A stretch of DNA of 63,579 bases, counting the filler, from Octopus bimaculoides (taxonomy: Eukaryota): the NCBI RefSeq assembly GCF_001194135.2. It is 4 parts of 4 records of this genome, joined end to end, with 100 filler letters (N's around TTAATTAATTAA, not from the genome) between each part and the next. Parts side by side here need not be neighbours in the genome. Positions count along the whole stretch, not along the records: positions 26,971 to 53,569 come from NC_069002.1; 3 more parts are not named here. One strand, written 5' to 3'. Both the position numbers and the translations under genes were made by a program. Shown piece by piece: positions 27,456 to 40,875 of this stretch. The notes under the pieces were generated by a model. The model was not told where the DNA came from and searched no databases. It saw only the letters and a list, made by a program, of their open reading frames with translations. Position 1 is the stretch's first letter, and the number at the start of each line of letters is the position of its first letter.

Positions 27456-27844
27456 GATTTTAATTAGGCGTTGCTATGCTGTAAGAAACTAGGTTCCTAA
27501 ATATACGATCCAGTCTCACTGAATGGAACCTTGGGCAAGTGTCTCCTACTATAGTCTCAGACCGACCAAAGCCTTGTTGGACGGAAACTAAAAGGAGCCT
27601 GTCATATATATATATATATATATGTATATAAATATTTAAGTAAATTAGGGGCCCGAAATACCAGCTTCCTAGTTTATGCAAAGATAAGGCGTATTTTTAT
27701 TATATTCGTTGCATTCACCGTGCGTGCTTCTTAATAGTGAGAAGTTTGTGGCTTTGGAGTGTTGACTCCAGCTTTTAGCAAGCTGGTATTCCCGTACCCT
27801 AAGTTATTTATATAGTTTGCCTATTTAGGTTAATATTGTGGGCC

Positions 27845-27910
<66 letters not shown>

Positions 27911-30900
27911 GTAGTATTTATTAAGCATTAGACCTATTTAGCTGCCTGGATCTATATAAATTGTAAACAACAATGTTTTTATACAAAATGTATGGATACT
28001 ATGTGTCTGAAGAACTTCCAACGTGTCTATTTTTCTTTTTATTATTCCTGTACAAGAAAAGATAAAACTTTTGGTATTTATTTTCAGCAACGATGTTAAA
28101 CTTGTGTAACAATAAAGGAAATGTCTCCATCCATTTTAATATGTGGACATGTAAGTGTTCATGTTTGTATGTGTGTGTGTTTACGCCCCCACCCACACGC
28201 ATGTATATATATGCATGAATATATTACATATATACATATAGATATATGTATATGTATGGATACATAACACACACGCGCGTGCACACACGTACACACACAT
28301 ATGAGTCCTTGCTTATGTAGATCCCCTCACGCACATATATAGAACGACAGTAAGTGTGAGATATTTCTTTTCATTCTATTATTTTTCACTGAACTACAAA
28401 AGTAAAATATTGATTGATATTCATTTCTTATGATGGAAGACGGTTAACCTGATAACGTCATGGACAAATTCCTTCCTTCTTTCTCTTTATTTCCGAATAA
28501 TCTTTGCGAACAGGATTGTTTCCAACTAGGCTTCATACAATGACCTTTCGGTTTGTCTTCATACACCCAGTTTCCGAACAGCTGCAATCTCGTTTGCATG
28601 TTCCTGATATATATTTAGGTTGGTGGCATCAATAAAGCAACCAACGCAGTTTTCGAAGCATCTTCTTTTCGAAATACATATATACACTCTCAGTTACTGC
28701 AACTTAGCCGCTGCGCACCCCGTTTCTATTATACTTATTTGTAGCCGTAATGCTGAGACAAGACCGGAAAGGAAACAGGAGCATTTATTGAACAACATTT
28801 ACTGGTCGGCCGGTAAATGCTTTGTAACAAGTAATATGCTTTCAAGAAGCTGTCCTATTCATTGAAGATAATCAATGTATTCTACTATTGTTCATGTTTT
28901 CGTATTTGGAAGCATTGCAGCAAGTTGCTACAAAGAAGTTGTCTAACTCTTTTCATTCTATGATCAAGTACCTTACTATAATCCTTTAACAATCGATCTA
29001 CATATGTTTAGATGAGGGTTTTTCGGTTGCGCCCTCAACTGAACTAATTAAAAAAATCAGCCTGCAAGTAGTCATTCCACAGATACATTTACTATTAAAG
29101 TAAATGTTTCCTGTAATCAGTAAGACATATTGAGACAAGTCTAGAACATCTAATTGTAGATACAATCTATCCCTTGGCCTTCCACAATGTTTTCGAGTCC
29201 GTCATGTTACTCCCAAAAGTGGGTTAGACATTACTTTATGGTAAAAGAACTGGCACAAGATTCCAGGAGTCAGAATCAAACCCGAAACCTGGGGATTGGA
29301 AAGAGACTTTCTAAATCTGCTCATGTTACTTAAGTAGTCGATTAAATGAATTTACAACAAAAGATGAGATGTTTATCTTAATAATTTCTTGTTTAATCAT
29401 ATTTTATTATAGAACGTAGGATAATATTTTGTAAATAATATTAATGCTAATATTCATGTATTGACTTTCACAATTATCTTCAATGTTACATTGAGACGGA
29501 GATCGAGAAATTTCGTAGTTGCTTTCTACAGCGACTCTGTTCGTATTGTTTAATACAACAATGACATATCATGATATAATTCAACCATTTCTTCAGTACA
29601 CCCACTCACTCTCTCTGACACCATAATACAGTTAAATATGGCGACGTCCATCACATTGTTAACATACAATTGTACGTATGCTTATTTTCGATGTATATAT
29701 ACAAAGAAACCCTATAATGCACACGCGCGCACGCACATAGTCGGGCTGGTGTACTAAGTATATTTATTATATATGAATGTGTATGTGTGTGTATATATAT
29801 GTGTGTGTGTGTATGTATGTATGTGTATATATATAAATATATATATGCATATATAAACATATATACATATATATATATACATATATATANNNNNNNNNNN
29901 NNNNNNNNNNNNNNNNNNNNNNNNNNNNNNNNNNNNNNNNNNNNNNNNNNNNNNNNNNNNNNNNNNNNNNNNNNNNNNNNNNNNNNNNNNNTATATATAT
30001 ATATATACATATATATACATATATATATATACATATATATACCTATATGTATATTTATTTACACATACGTGTATATAGTTAAACAGAAATATGTATGTGT
30101 GTGTGAGTATGTTTATGTGTGTAAGGGCGAGGAACGGCAGGCAATGAACCAGTGCTTGGCCTGCTGGAATGGTAGAACCAAACACTCTATTTTACCTAAA
30201 TATCAATAGAAACCAATTACATAAATCAGAAATTTTGTCCATAGACTCAAATTCAAGATGTTGCCTTCAAATTTGAGTAGATCAATCAAATAATTTCCAT
30301 TAAAATCCTTCGGTCAATTTAATCGAATCCCGCATTATGAATTGTCTCGTGACAAATAATAGATTGTATGACCACTAATAAAGACTTTCTGATTTTCAAG
30401 GAAATGTATGAGGTTGAAGATTTTGTCGTGTTGGAGTTGTGTAACTGTAGTGGATCGAGCGTCAAACAAAATGCGAAACTCCAGTTAGCGACTTGAAAGG
30501 AGGTATTAAGTGGCTTCTTCATCTGCTAGGAATAGTAATCAAATACTTACCAAAACCCATTATATTCTTTCTAAAAATTGAGATCAATTTCGATAACGTA
30601 ATAATAGATAAGGCTTTTCTAAGAAAATGTTAACAAAAAGTGGAATAGTTTTGATCACACGCCAGTCCGATTGAGTTCAACCTCGGATTAAAAAGCATAA
30701 TGAACAAATAAACTTTTAAAATAACAACAGCTGTACTATCATTATTATTACTAGCAAATCTGCCCATTACGATGGAAGCATAACATGAGGGAGGGAAGTC
30801 AAAACAGCAGTATGTATTGGGAAAGGTGTAAATGAACTTGATAGATTACTGGGTGTTGTCTTAGAGAAATCACATTATTGTTGGTGATTCGGCATTCTAT

Positions 30901-31665
30901 TGACATGTGTTTGTGAGTAAGTTACATGTGATGACGATTCACTCCTGAACTGAAATAGGCTCCCAGCCTGTTTATCATGAATGGTTATGTGGACCGTTCC
31001 TAACGAAAGCCAGCGCTTCCTTCGACCACTACATAAAAAGTATTAAGAAAAAAAAATCTCATTTAGATATACTTTAGTTTTAGTTGTTTACATTATTTTA
31101 CGCTTGTTTATACTCTTATACTTTCTAACTTCACAAATTTCTTTATTTAAATTATGAATCATTATGAATCAAATTCCTTTCATTAATATCAATGATTACA
31201 ATACTTCTTTGTAGACGATATTTTCCGTTTGTTCGACACTAATTCTCAAATTACTGGAGTCCGTTGCTCTACTCATAGTGACGTATAACTGGCCGTTTGT
31301 AAACATTGGTGTGGATAAAAATACACTTACATGATCTAAAGTCTGGCCCTGTGCGTTCTCTGCTGTGAATGCGTGAGCGGAATCTTTAGTGTTGCAAAAA
31401 AATCAAACTACCTCTCACTGTTCTCTGCGAATAATGTCTGGATGTTCTGGTATCATGGATTATTTTGATTGACAAAACTGAGATGTAAACAACAGCCGCT
31501 TCGATTGGCCGTCTCGAATCATGTTCGAAACTGACACTTCAATAACCACTAAATAATAACACACACTATATACTAGGATACACTTTTTCAATTTTAGTTT
31601 CGTTTTTAAGCGTCTTCGTGACCCTTTCGTATCTATGACGGGACCATGAACTACACGTTGAAAAT

Positions 31666-32244
31666 CCAGAATTATTTGTGGTCGGTGAATTTTTAATAAA
31701 AATGCGAAGGTAGTTTATCAATACAAAAATCGATATCCAAGAAATAATCATACTTTTTGATTTTTTAATGTAAAAACCTTCCTGATGATTGTCTTTGTAA
31801 TCCTGAAAAATATCGTAACCATTGGTCTCGCAGTTTGGCTGTGAATAAGGAACAGAGAAAGAGACGGACAGACGGACAGACAGATGGATATAACGCCCAG
31901 TATAGTAAGATAGCAAATCTGCCCATCTACGATGGGAAATAAGGGGATAGTATCGCAAATCTAAATACTCTAAATTTACGAATTATACTGGGGGTGGGAT
32001 CCAGAGTTCATCCGTATCGCCAGAATTTTAACAAAAAAAAAGTGAAAAATCTATAAATACAAAACTCAATATCCACTAAATAATCATAGTTTTTCACGTT
32101 TTCTGTTTTTTCGCTAAAAACCTTCCTGATTGCCTTCTTCGTAATTCCAAAAAACATCGTGTCCATTGGTCCAGCCGTTTAACTGTGAAGAGGTAACAGA
32201 CAGATAGACAGACAGACGGACATATCACCCATTATAATAAGACT
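31666..32244 (+). mobile_element. Two tandem copies (~31666-31913, ~32020-32244) of a Lep1/HINE-like non-autonomous Helitron-type repeat
   Basis: Both copies share aaaaaccttcctga...atcgt..ccattggtc..gc.gttt..ctgtgaa...(cagacaga/cagacgga)n...tatagtaaga. From memory this layout resembles Lep1/DINE-1 elements; the classification is an inference. Confidence 0.5.
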
Positions 32245-32253
32245 GTAATTATT

Positions 32254-32447
32254 AGGCGGCGAGCTGGCAGAATCGTTAGCACGTCGGGCAAAATGCTTGA
32301 CGACATTTCGTCTGCGTTTACATTCTGAGTTCAAATTCCACCGAGGTCGACTTTGCTATTTCTCCTTTCAAAGTCAATAAATTAAGTAATCAACTGCCAC
32401 CCACCCACCTCAACATTTCAGGCCTTATGCCTATAGTAGAAAGGATA

Positions 32448-32448
<1 letters not shown>
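32254..32448 (+). mobile_element. SINE-A, full length, followed by (TTA)n
   Basis: ttatta|ggcggcgagctggcagaatcgttagcacgtcgggcaaaatgc...gagttcaaattccaccgaggtcgac...aggccttatgcctatagtagaaagga|taattattatta. Confidence 0.92.
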
Positions 32449-32488
<40 letters not shown>

Positions 32489-33078
32489 TATGAAAGAACA
32501 AGATACCAAGTGTGAATGTCCCAAACATCAGTGACATATATATGAGTGGGCAAACGAAAGAAAGTGGCGCTCAACATGTTGGATGAGTTACGCATGTAAC
32601 TATGTGCAGAAGTGTTACATAGAAAACTAAAAGGAAATCGGTTCTAGTAAACGTGTGATTCTTATATTGTTGATCCTGACGAAACTGATGACAAATATCA
32701 GAAGGTGAGATTGGAACTCGAACATAGTCGGGGAAAAGTAAAAGCACTTGCGCATTAAGTCCGGCATAAAACTGTTTTGCAAACATTAATGAAAAATAAT
32801 GACAAAATATAAAAAACCTATACCTAAACAACATGAAAAGAGTCAACCAGTCAGCAGAATTGAATGAGCCTCAACATGCTCTTGTCATCTTATCTCTGCT
32901 GGGTTTAGAACTGCTTTATCATGCTGGACAATTATGGGTTAAACAAAAGTCTTATGTGGTTAAATAAGACTTAGAAGTTAGTGTATGGCGGAACGGAAAT
33001 AGCCAAGGTAATACTACAAGACATCCCCTCTCTCACACACATATATATANNNNNNNNNNNNNNNNNNNNNNNNNNNNN

Positions 33079-33113
<35 letters not shown>

Positions 33114-33235
33114 ATGAGCTTCTTTCAGTTCCTGTCTACCAAATTCACTCAAGGCTCAATTATAAGACACTGGACCAAGGTTCCATACAGTAAAGACTGA
33201 ACCAGGAACAATGTGGCTGGGAAGCAAGCTTCTTA

Positions 33236-33460
33236 TTTCTTTATTGCCCACAAGGGGCTAAACAGAGAGGGGACAAACAAGGACAGACAAACGGATTAAG
33301 TCGATTATATCGACCCAGTGCGTAACTGGTACTTATTTAATCGACCCTGAAAGGATGAAAGGCTAAGTCGACCTCGGCGGAATTTGAACTCAGAACGTAA
33401 CGGCAGACGAAATACTGCTAAGCATTTCGCCCGGCGTGCTAACGTTTCTGCCAGCTCGCC
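33236..33460 (-). mobile_element. Young SINE-A variant inserted into a SINE-B head, 12-bp TSD
   Basis: GCAAGCTTCTTA at 33224-33235 and 33461-33472. The host SINE-B head resumes (accacacagcc). The 3' tail is an alternative form, ccctctctgtttagccccttgtgggcaataaagaaa. Confidence 0.93.
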
Positions 33461-33845
33461 GCAAGCTTCTTACCACACAGCCAAGCCTGCGTTTAATTTT
33501 TCATAAAAAAATTGTTTTGGAAAATAAGATTAGACAGCTGGGGATTCAATGTCTTTGACTATAATTTAGTCTATCAGGCTCAGGCTGGTTTTATATAATA
33601 ACAGCAACAGCGACAAGATTTACGTTGGTAAATACTTTGTACGGAAAGGATCGGTACACTTCGTTATCGATCCGGAAAGATGAAAATGAAAGTTCACCAT
33701 GGCTAGACTAATAATGTGAAAAATCGGAAGCAATAACTCAAAGAATTCTTCCGACGCTCTATTGATTCTGTTATTCAACTTCTTTTATTAGTAACAGTTG
33801 TCAAGATGTTGGGCAGAATACTGCGGCCAAATGCACGCGCAAATG

Positions 33846-33902
<57 letters not shown>

Positions 33903-33928
33903 GTAATAAGAATAAGAATAGTAGTAAT

Positions 33929-34134
33929 AATCTTTTCTACTGTAGGCACAGGGCCTGAAATTTTGGTGGGGAGGTAAATCGATTACATCGACCGCAGTAT
34001 TTCACTGGTACTTAATTTATCGACCCCGGCGGAATTTGAACTCAGAACATAGCAACAGAGGAAATACCATTAAGCATTTCGCCCGGCGTGTTAACGATTT
34101 TGTCAGCTCGCCGCCGTAATAATACTACTACTAC

Positions 34135-34180
<46 letters not shown>

Positions 34181-34808
34181 TCTTTCTACTTAAGGCACAA
34201 GGCCTGAAATTTTGGGGGAGATGAACACTCGATTATATCGACACCAGTGTTTCACTGATACTTAACTGATCGACCCGGAAATGAAGAAAGAAAAAGTTGA
34301 CCCTGGCACTATTAGAACACAGAACGCGAAGCGGTGAGAAATACCGCGAAACATTTTATCCGGTATTCTAACAAATCTGCAATCTCGATGCCTTAACAAC
34401 AACAAAAATACTTCTCCCTAATTTTGGCACAAGGCTACCAAATTTTATAAAGTGGAAGTCCATAATATCGAACCTTCTGCTCAAGATGTAGCTTATATTA
34501 TCGATCTCGAGAACGCTGCCTTCAGTGTCATACGAACTCGCAAAGTTTAGGCAGCGCTAAAAAAATTTCTTGCACGTGCTAACCGTTCTGCCATTTCACC
34601 ACCTTAATTACAGCAACAAAAAAAATAACAACAACAACAACAACAATAATAATCATTTTACTGTAGGCAGTTTTAGGGGATGTTGCTGATCGATTACATC
34701 GATCTCAGTGTTCAGTTGGTATTTATTTTATTCACCCCGAAATTTTGAAAAGCAAAGTTGACTTCGGCGGGATTTGAACTGAGAACGTAACGGCAGACGA
34801 AATACCGA
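33929..34808 (-). mobile_element. Head-to-tail array of four SINE-A copies (33929-34116, 34179-34393, 34410-34603, 34651-34808)
   Basis: All copies share one orientation, and each is separated from the next only by (TAA)/(CAA)/(CTA) microsatellite. Confidence 0.88.
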
Positions 34809-35192
34809 TAATTATAATTTCTGTTGTTTGCTACAAAGATGACCAATTGGTGTGTGTTACTGTGTGCGTGGGTAGGGGTCAATAGCAATACACATAGGCC
34901 TTCCAATACGTGAAATCCATGGTCCGATGTGGACCCGTGATTATGAGGAGGAACGATGCTTTAAAAAAATATAACAAATAATAAACAGTAGCGATTTTTT
35001 AACATAAACACACGTCCATCGTATAATCAATTATATTCGACTAAATTGGTACCAAGTATATAACTGGTACTTATTTTTGTTGAATGATGATGTGGCAGAA
35101 TTTGAAATCAGAACGATTAAATTAAATAGAATTACGATAAAATAAACACATGCAATGTATTCCATTTTGGACCACCACGTCGATTATTATTG

Positions 35193-35258
<66 letters not shown>

Positions 35259-36023
35259 CAGCTATAGAAACAGCGCGACACAGACAGATATAGAGAGAGG
35301 TGTACAGAGTGTGAGAGAAGGGAGAGAAGGAGAGAAAGAGAGGGAATGAGACGCGCTAATATCAGCTACTTCCACACCGAAACTGACATCAAGAACAACC
35401 ACAACAACAAACACGAAAACAACAAGAATCATAACAACGACTACAATAGCAACAACAGCAACAACTGCAGCAGCAATAATATGAACAGCGACAACAATAC
35501 GCGCCTCCGACGATTGAACCTCAACATGGCCACTCAGCCTTCTAGAAACAACAACCAAATACCTTACATATTATATCTTATATACTGTTAACAGCTTAAA
35601 TAAGGGAAACATGTATTAAAGGATAATTTTGTAAATAACCCTGAATCATATTTCATTAAATTAGGGCGTGGTAAAGGATCAAAGTTGGGACCAAACTCCA
35701 GCAACAATATACAAGAAATAATATTAAATATCCCTTTGTTATTACTGTAAAATGAAATAAATGTAAGATATTTATAATCGTGACTTACCCATGGAATATC
35801 CCTGGTATTAAAATATGGTAATAAACTCGGATATTAAAACAGTTGTATGGATGTTTTGTATCGTGTGTGAGATAATAGTTGTGTGGAATCTTCGAATAAC
35901 TTCGCGCGTCGTAAGAAAACTTTTAAAGACAGACATGTGAGTAGAGCAGGGTGCGTGTGTGCGACGGTAGAGATGTGAGTGTTTGTCTGTGTTCGCGAGA
36001 TGTACATCTGTGTGTAGGTATGC

Positions 36024-36054
<31 letters not shown>

Positions 36055-36295
36055 TGTATGTATGTGTGTATGTACGTATGCGTGTGTGTATTTATACTAG
36101 CGATCACACAACTGTGTTTATACGTGATAGTTTGTATGTGGGTGTATACGAATGTGTGAATGAATATATATGCATGTGTATATTTAAGTGTGTACGTATG
36201 TATGTGTGTATTAGTGTATTTATACTTAAATGCACCTGTGCTTAGACGTGTTTGTATGTACGTTTGTGTATGTGTGTGAATACATCTATATATCA

Positions 36296-36332
<37 letters not shown>

Positions 36333-36925
36333 GATGTACGCGCGCGTATATTGTATGTGTTTGAGTATATTTGTGTAAAACAGGAAGTATATATGTGTGT
36401 ATGTATTTATAACCAACAGTGTTTATACTAGTGTGTATGTGATTGTGTGTATGTGTGTGCGTGTATCTGTGTGTCTGTATGTGTGCCCGCTTCCGTCTAT
36501 GAGTGTGTTTGTGTGTGCGTGGTTTTGTGTAAATCCCAGGCGTTCACCGACTTCCTTGATTTATCTCCATATATACATATGTGCGTTTGTGTGTCTAATT
36601 ATATAAGTGTAGATGTAATTGTACTTATCTTTCCATCTTATCTGTGTATGCATCTACAAAAAAACGTGTACGTATGTCATATGTCAGTATGTGATTGTGT
36701 TTATGTATGTATCTAGCTGTGTGATTTTGACTGCGTGAGAGAGTTTGCTAGTCAGTATCAAAGCGAAGAGGTTTGTGTATGTACGTATGTCAGAGTGTGT
36801 TTGTGAGTGTGTATAAGAGCTTATCTGTGTGTATGACAGCTTATCTGTGTATACGTGTGAGTATGTGTATGTACAAGTGGATGACTGGCTTTGAATGTGC
36901 GCATCTTTTACGTGATCCTTTATAC

Positions 36926-36975
<50 letters not shown>

Positions 36976-38488
36976 AACTTGTATGTATACAAAGTGTATG
37001 CTGTGCGCTAGGGTTTGTATATTGCTCTGTGTTGCGTGTGTGTGAAGATGTGTGCATGTGTACGTGTGATCGTATGTCTAGTTGTTTANNNNNNNNNNNN
37101 NNNNNNNNNNNNNNNNNNNNNNNNNNNNNNNNNNNNNNNNNNNNNNNNNNNNNNNNNNNNNNNNNNNNNNNNNNNNNNNNNNNNNNNNNNNNNNNNNNNN
37201 NNNNNNNNNNNNNNNNNNNNNNNNNNNNNNNNNNNNNNNNNNNNNNNNNNNNNNNNNNNNNNNNNNNNNNNNNNNNNNNNNNNNNNNNNNNNNNNNNNNN
37301 NNNNNNNNNNNNNNNNNNNNNNNNNNNNNNNNNNNNNNNNNNNNNNNNNNNNNNNNNNNNNNNNNNNNNNNNNNNNNNNNNNNNNNNNNNNNNNNNNNNN
37401 NNNNNNNNNNNNNNNNNNNNNNNNNNNNNNNNNNNNNNNNNNNNNNNNNNNNNNNNNNNNNNNNNNNNNNNNNNNNNNNNNNNNNNNNNNNNNNNNNNNN
37501 NNNNNNNNNNNNNNNNNNNNNNNNNNNNNNNNNNNNNNNNNNNNNNNNNNNNNNNNNNNNNNNNNNNNNNNNNNNNNNNNNNNNNNNNNNNNNNNNNNNN
37601 NNNNNNNNNNNNNNNNNNNNNNNNNNNNNNNNNNNNNNNNNNNNNNNNNNNNNNNNNNNNNNNNNNNNNNNNNNNNNNNNNNNNNNNNNNNNNNNNNNNN
37701 NNNNNNNNNNNNNNNNNNNNNNNNNNTATATATATATGATGTGTGTGTATACACACACATGTATATATATCTATATGTGTATATGTGTATATACATATAT
37801 GATCGTGTATATCATTCGTTTTATTTATGTGTACAATACACGGGTGTGTAGGTGCGCGTGCGTGTGCGTGCATGTACGTTTGTTTAAACGGTATGAGAGG
37901 GATTGCAGTTGAAAGGGCTGTCTCTTGTATGTATATATGTAAACGTCGATATAAATTAAGGAGTATGTGTTAATGTATATGTATGAGTGATTATGAGTTT
38001 GTGTATGTCTGTGTGAGTCTGCGCGCGCGTTTAGTACTGATTGTCACACTCCCCACTGCCTTCTCTCATCTATTCCCCTCCCTCGTTCGAGGTGATACCC
38101 CGCCCACTTTGCATCCAGTTACATTCTAACAACGGAGACATATGAAACTCATACAAGGCACGGTACAATAGGTGTGCAAGTACATGCGTGAGCGCGTGTG
38201 TGTGTGCGTGTGTATGTATGTGTGCACCTTCACCGGTGCCAGCAGAACGGTGTGCACTCTCCACGATGCAAGTGCATCTGTTCTCAACGAGCAGCAAGTA
38301 TCTCCGGCATGACATGAACGAACGAGAAAACCCTTTCAACTAATGGAAAAGATGTGAAGAAGGATAGAAGTGCACGAACGAATATCACTGTGTGAGTGTG
38401 TGTATGAGTGTAGGAATAGATGTGTGAGAATATGTATGTTTGTATGTGTTTGTATCTGTGTATGTATCTGTGTGTGTATTCTGTTGTT

Positions 38489-38734
38489 CTTTTATATTTT
38501 TAAGTGTTTCAGCTTCCAAGTTGCGGTCATGCCGGGGCACCACCTTTGACTGTGTTATGCACCATTATTTGAAACCTCCTATGATATGTGGCATCCGGTG
38601 AATGAGGGATGCTGCTGCCCTCATCTGTGTTACTTAACGTGAGGTAGGTTCATCTGAAACTTTTGACAGGAGGAGGTCCAGTTTTGTTTCAAAGACACCT
38701 ACAACCACACCATGCATGTCTCTCGGGCGTTTTG
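38489..38734 (-). mobile_element. 3' end of a CR1-like LINE
   Basis: Minus-strand translation PRDMHGVVVGVFETKLDLLLSKVSDEPTSR*VTQMRAAASLIHRMP resembles the FK.KLD..L..VPDEP C-terminus of CR1-type ORF2. A short 3' UTR ends ggtggtgccccggcatgaccgcaacttggaagctgaaacacttaaaaatataaaag. Confidence 0.7.
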
Positions 38735-39405
38735 NNNNNNNNNNNNNNNNNNNNNNNNNNNNNNNNNNNNNNNNNNNNNNNNNNNNNNNNNNNNNNNNNN
38801 NNNNNNNNNNNNNNNNNNNNNNNNNNNNNNNNNNNNNNNNNNNNNNNNNNNNNNNNNNNNNNNNNNNNNNNNNNNNNNNNNNNNNNNNNNNNNNNNNNNN
38901 NNNNNNNNNNNNNNNNNNNNNNNNNNNNNNNNNNNNNNNNNNNNNNNNNNNNNNNNNNNNNNNNNNNNNNNNNNNNNNNNNNNNNNNNNNNNNNNNNNNN
39001 NNNNNNNNNNNNNNNNNNNNNNNNNNNNNNNNNNNNNNNNNNNNNNNNNNNNNNNNNNNNNNNNNNNNNNNNNNNNNNNNNNNNNNNNNNNNNNNNNNNN
39101 NNNNNNNNNNNNNNNNNNNNNNNNNNNNNNNNNNNNNNNNNNNNNNNNNNNNNNNNNNNNNNNNNNNNNNNNNNNNNNNNNNNNNNNNNNNNNNNNNNNN
39201 NNNNNNNNNNNNNNNNNNNNNNNNNNNNNNNNNNNNNNNNNNNNNNNNNNNNNNNNNNNNNNNNNNNNNNNNNNNNNNNNNNNNNNNNNNNNNNNNNNNN
39301 NNNNNNNNNNNNNNNNNNNNNNNNNNNNNNNNNNNNNNNNNNNNNNNNNNNNNNNNNNNNNNNNNNNNNNNNNNNNNNNNNNNNNNNNNNNNNNNNNNNN
39401 NNNNN

Positions 39406-40620
39406 CTATTTTATGATATCAATTTGAAAACTGGGACAATCGTAGGCAAATTTGAGAACAGAACCTAAAGATTTTGATGAAATACTGCAAGAAATTTTGT
39501 CGAGCGTTCTACTGCTCTGTAATTCGCTGTTCTAAAAATAACTTTCCCGTTCATCTTAAAACAAAATGTCACTTGGCTGCCGTGAAAGATTTAAACCTGG
39601 GCTGCAACACCTGCTTCCATTGCTGCGTAAAATTCCGAGAAGGAAGAATAGGAGAATCACCTTGGAAACTGTAGCAAATGCAGCTTCAGCAACAACAAGA
39701 ACAAGATCGTAATTGTTTTGAATTGAAAATCTCTACATTACATGTCAGATTTCATACAGAATTGATAAGAAAGCAAAGGAAGCGAATCACATTTGGAACA
39801 GAAACCGAACAAGCCTTACGCTTGAAGTACTGTAAAAGACATATGCAGGGGAATACACAACCGGAACCCAAAGATTTACGAAAGTATAGAGCTTGCAGAA
39901 CGAAGCACTTGTAGGTTGCTTCAATATGTCGAGAAAAAAAAGAAAAACAGAAGAACTCTCACAAAATAAGCCTCAGCTTACACCCCAGGCTCACAAACCT
40001 GCACTCAGTTGTGCAATGAATGCAGGAAATAATAATATAAGTTGTTGTGGCACAATGAGATAGCGAAAGTGCCACATTGGAAACTGTGTAAAAAGAGGGG
40101 TTTAGAGAGAGGCAACACGTTGTATGAGCACAGGATACTGAGAGTGGCAGAGACGGGGACCTGCAAAGTTCAATGGGAATTCAAAATCGAAACAGACCAG
40201 GTGCTTCATTACAACAAACCAGACCAAATGGTGGTGTACCATGTGATGAACATCTGCTCTATAACTGATGTTGCGTGCCCCTTTGACCCACGAATGATCG
40301 AGAAGGCAAGAAAATAGACATATACAATTCTCTTAAAAACTAGATTGTTCGATTGCGGAAAATGAAGATTTTGCAGTTACTGTCAATTATTGTCAGGCCT
40401 TTGGGAACAGTATCGGACGGTATCAAAAGGAATATAAAGGAAATGGGAGTCGAGTGCGCAGTAGAGTTGTTACTCCAAAGTTGCCTCCCTGGTTTGACCA
40501 GAATAATCAGGAAAGTATTAAATAGTTGAAAAGAAATGATAGCATGGTACCGTTGGGCGCTGGAAACAAATCTACAACACATGCAAGATTCCAAGAGTTC
40601 CAACGAAACCTGGGTTGATC
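39406..40620 (+). mobile_element. 3' part of an R4/Dong-like LINE (copy 1), decayed
   Basis: HNEIAKVPHWKLCKK...KVQWEFKIETDQVLHYNKPDQMVV...ITDVACPFD...IIRKVL is a restriction-like endonuclease region. The 3' UTR ends gggttgatc directly before (TAA)n. Confidence 0.88.
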
Positions 40621-40680
<60 letters not shown>

Positions 40681-40681
<1 letters not shown>

Positions 40682-40751
40682 GGGTGAGAGCAATACTGAA
40701 GACAGAGCTGAACGCGAGAAACAGGATCGAAGCGATCAATGCTCTAGCCAT
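40681..40751 (+). mobile_element. Short 5'-truncated R4/Dong-like piece (copy 2), cut by a gap
   Basis: Encodes RVRAILKTELNARNRIEAINALA, homologous to RVRSLLKTELNANNKIIGINTSA at ~42845. It begins right after (TAA)n. Confidence 0.8.
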
Positions 40752-40802
40752 NNNNNNNNNNATAATAATAATAATAATAATAATAAAAACAGCACTAATA
40801 AC

Positions 40803-40863
<61 letters not shown>

Positions 40864-40875
40864 TCAATAATAATA

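Noticed and set aside
38640-38710. Hairpin starting TGAGGTAGGTT with a let-7-type seed
   Set aside because: It lies antisense within the CR1-like ORF2 C-terminus (KLDLLLSKVSDEPTSR). The stem is imperfect and the sequence is not let-7.
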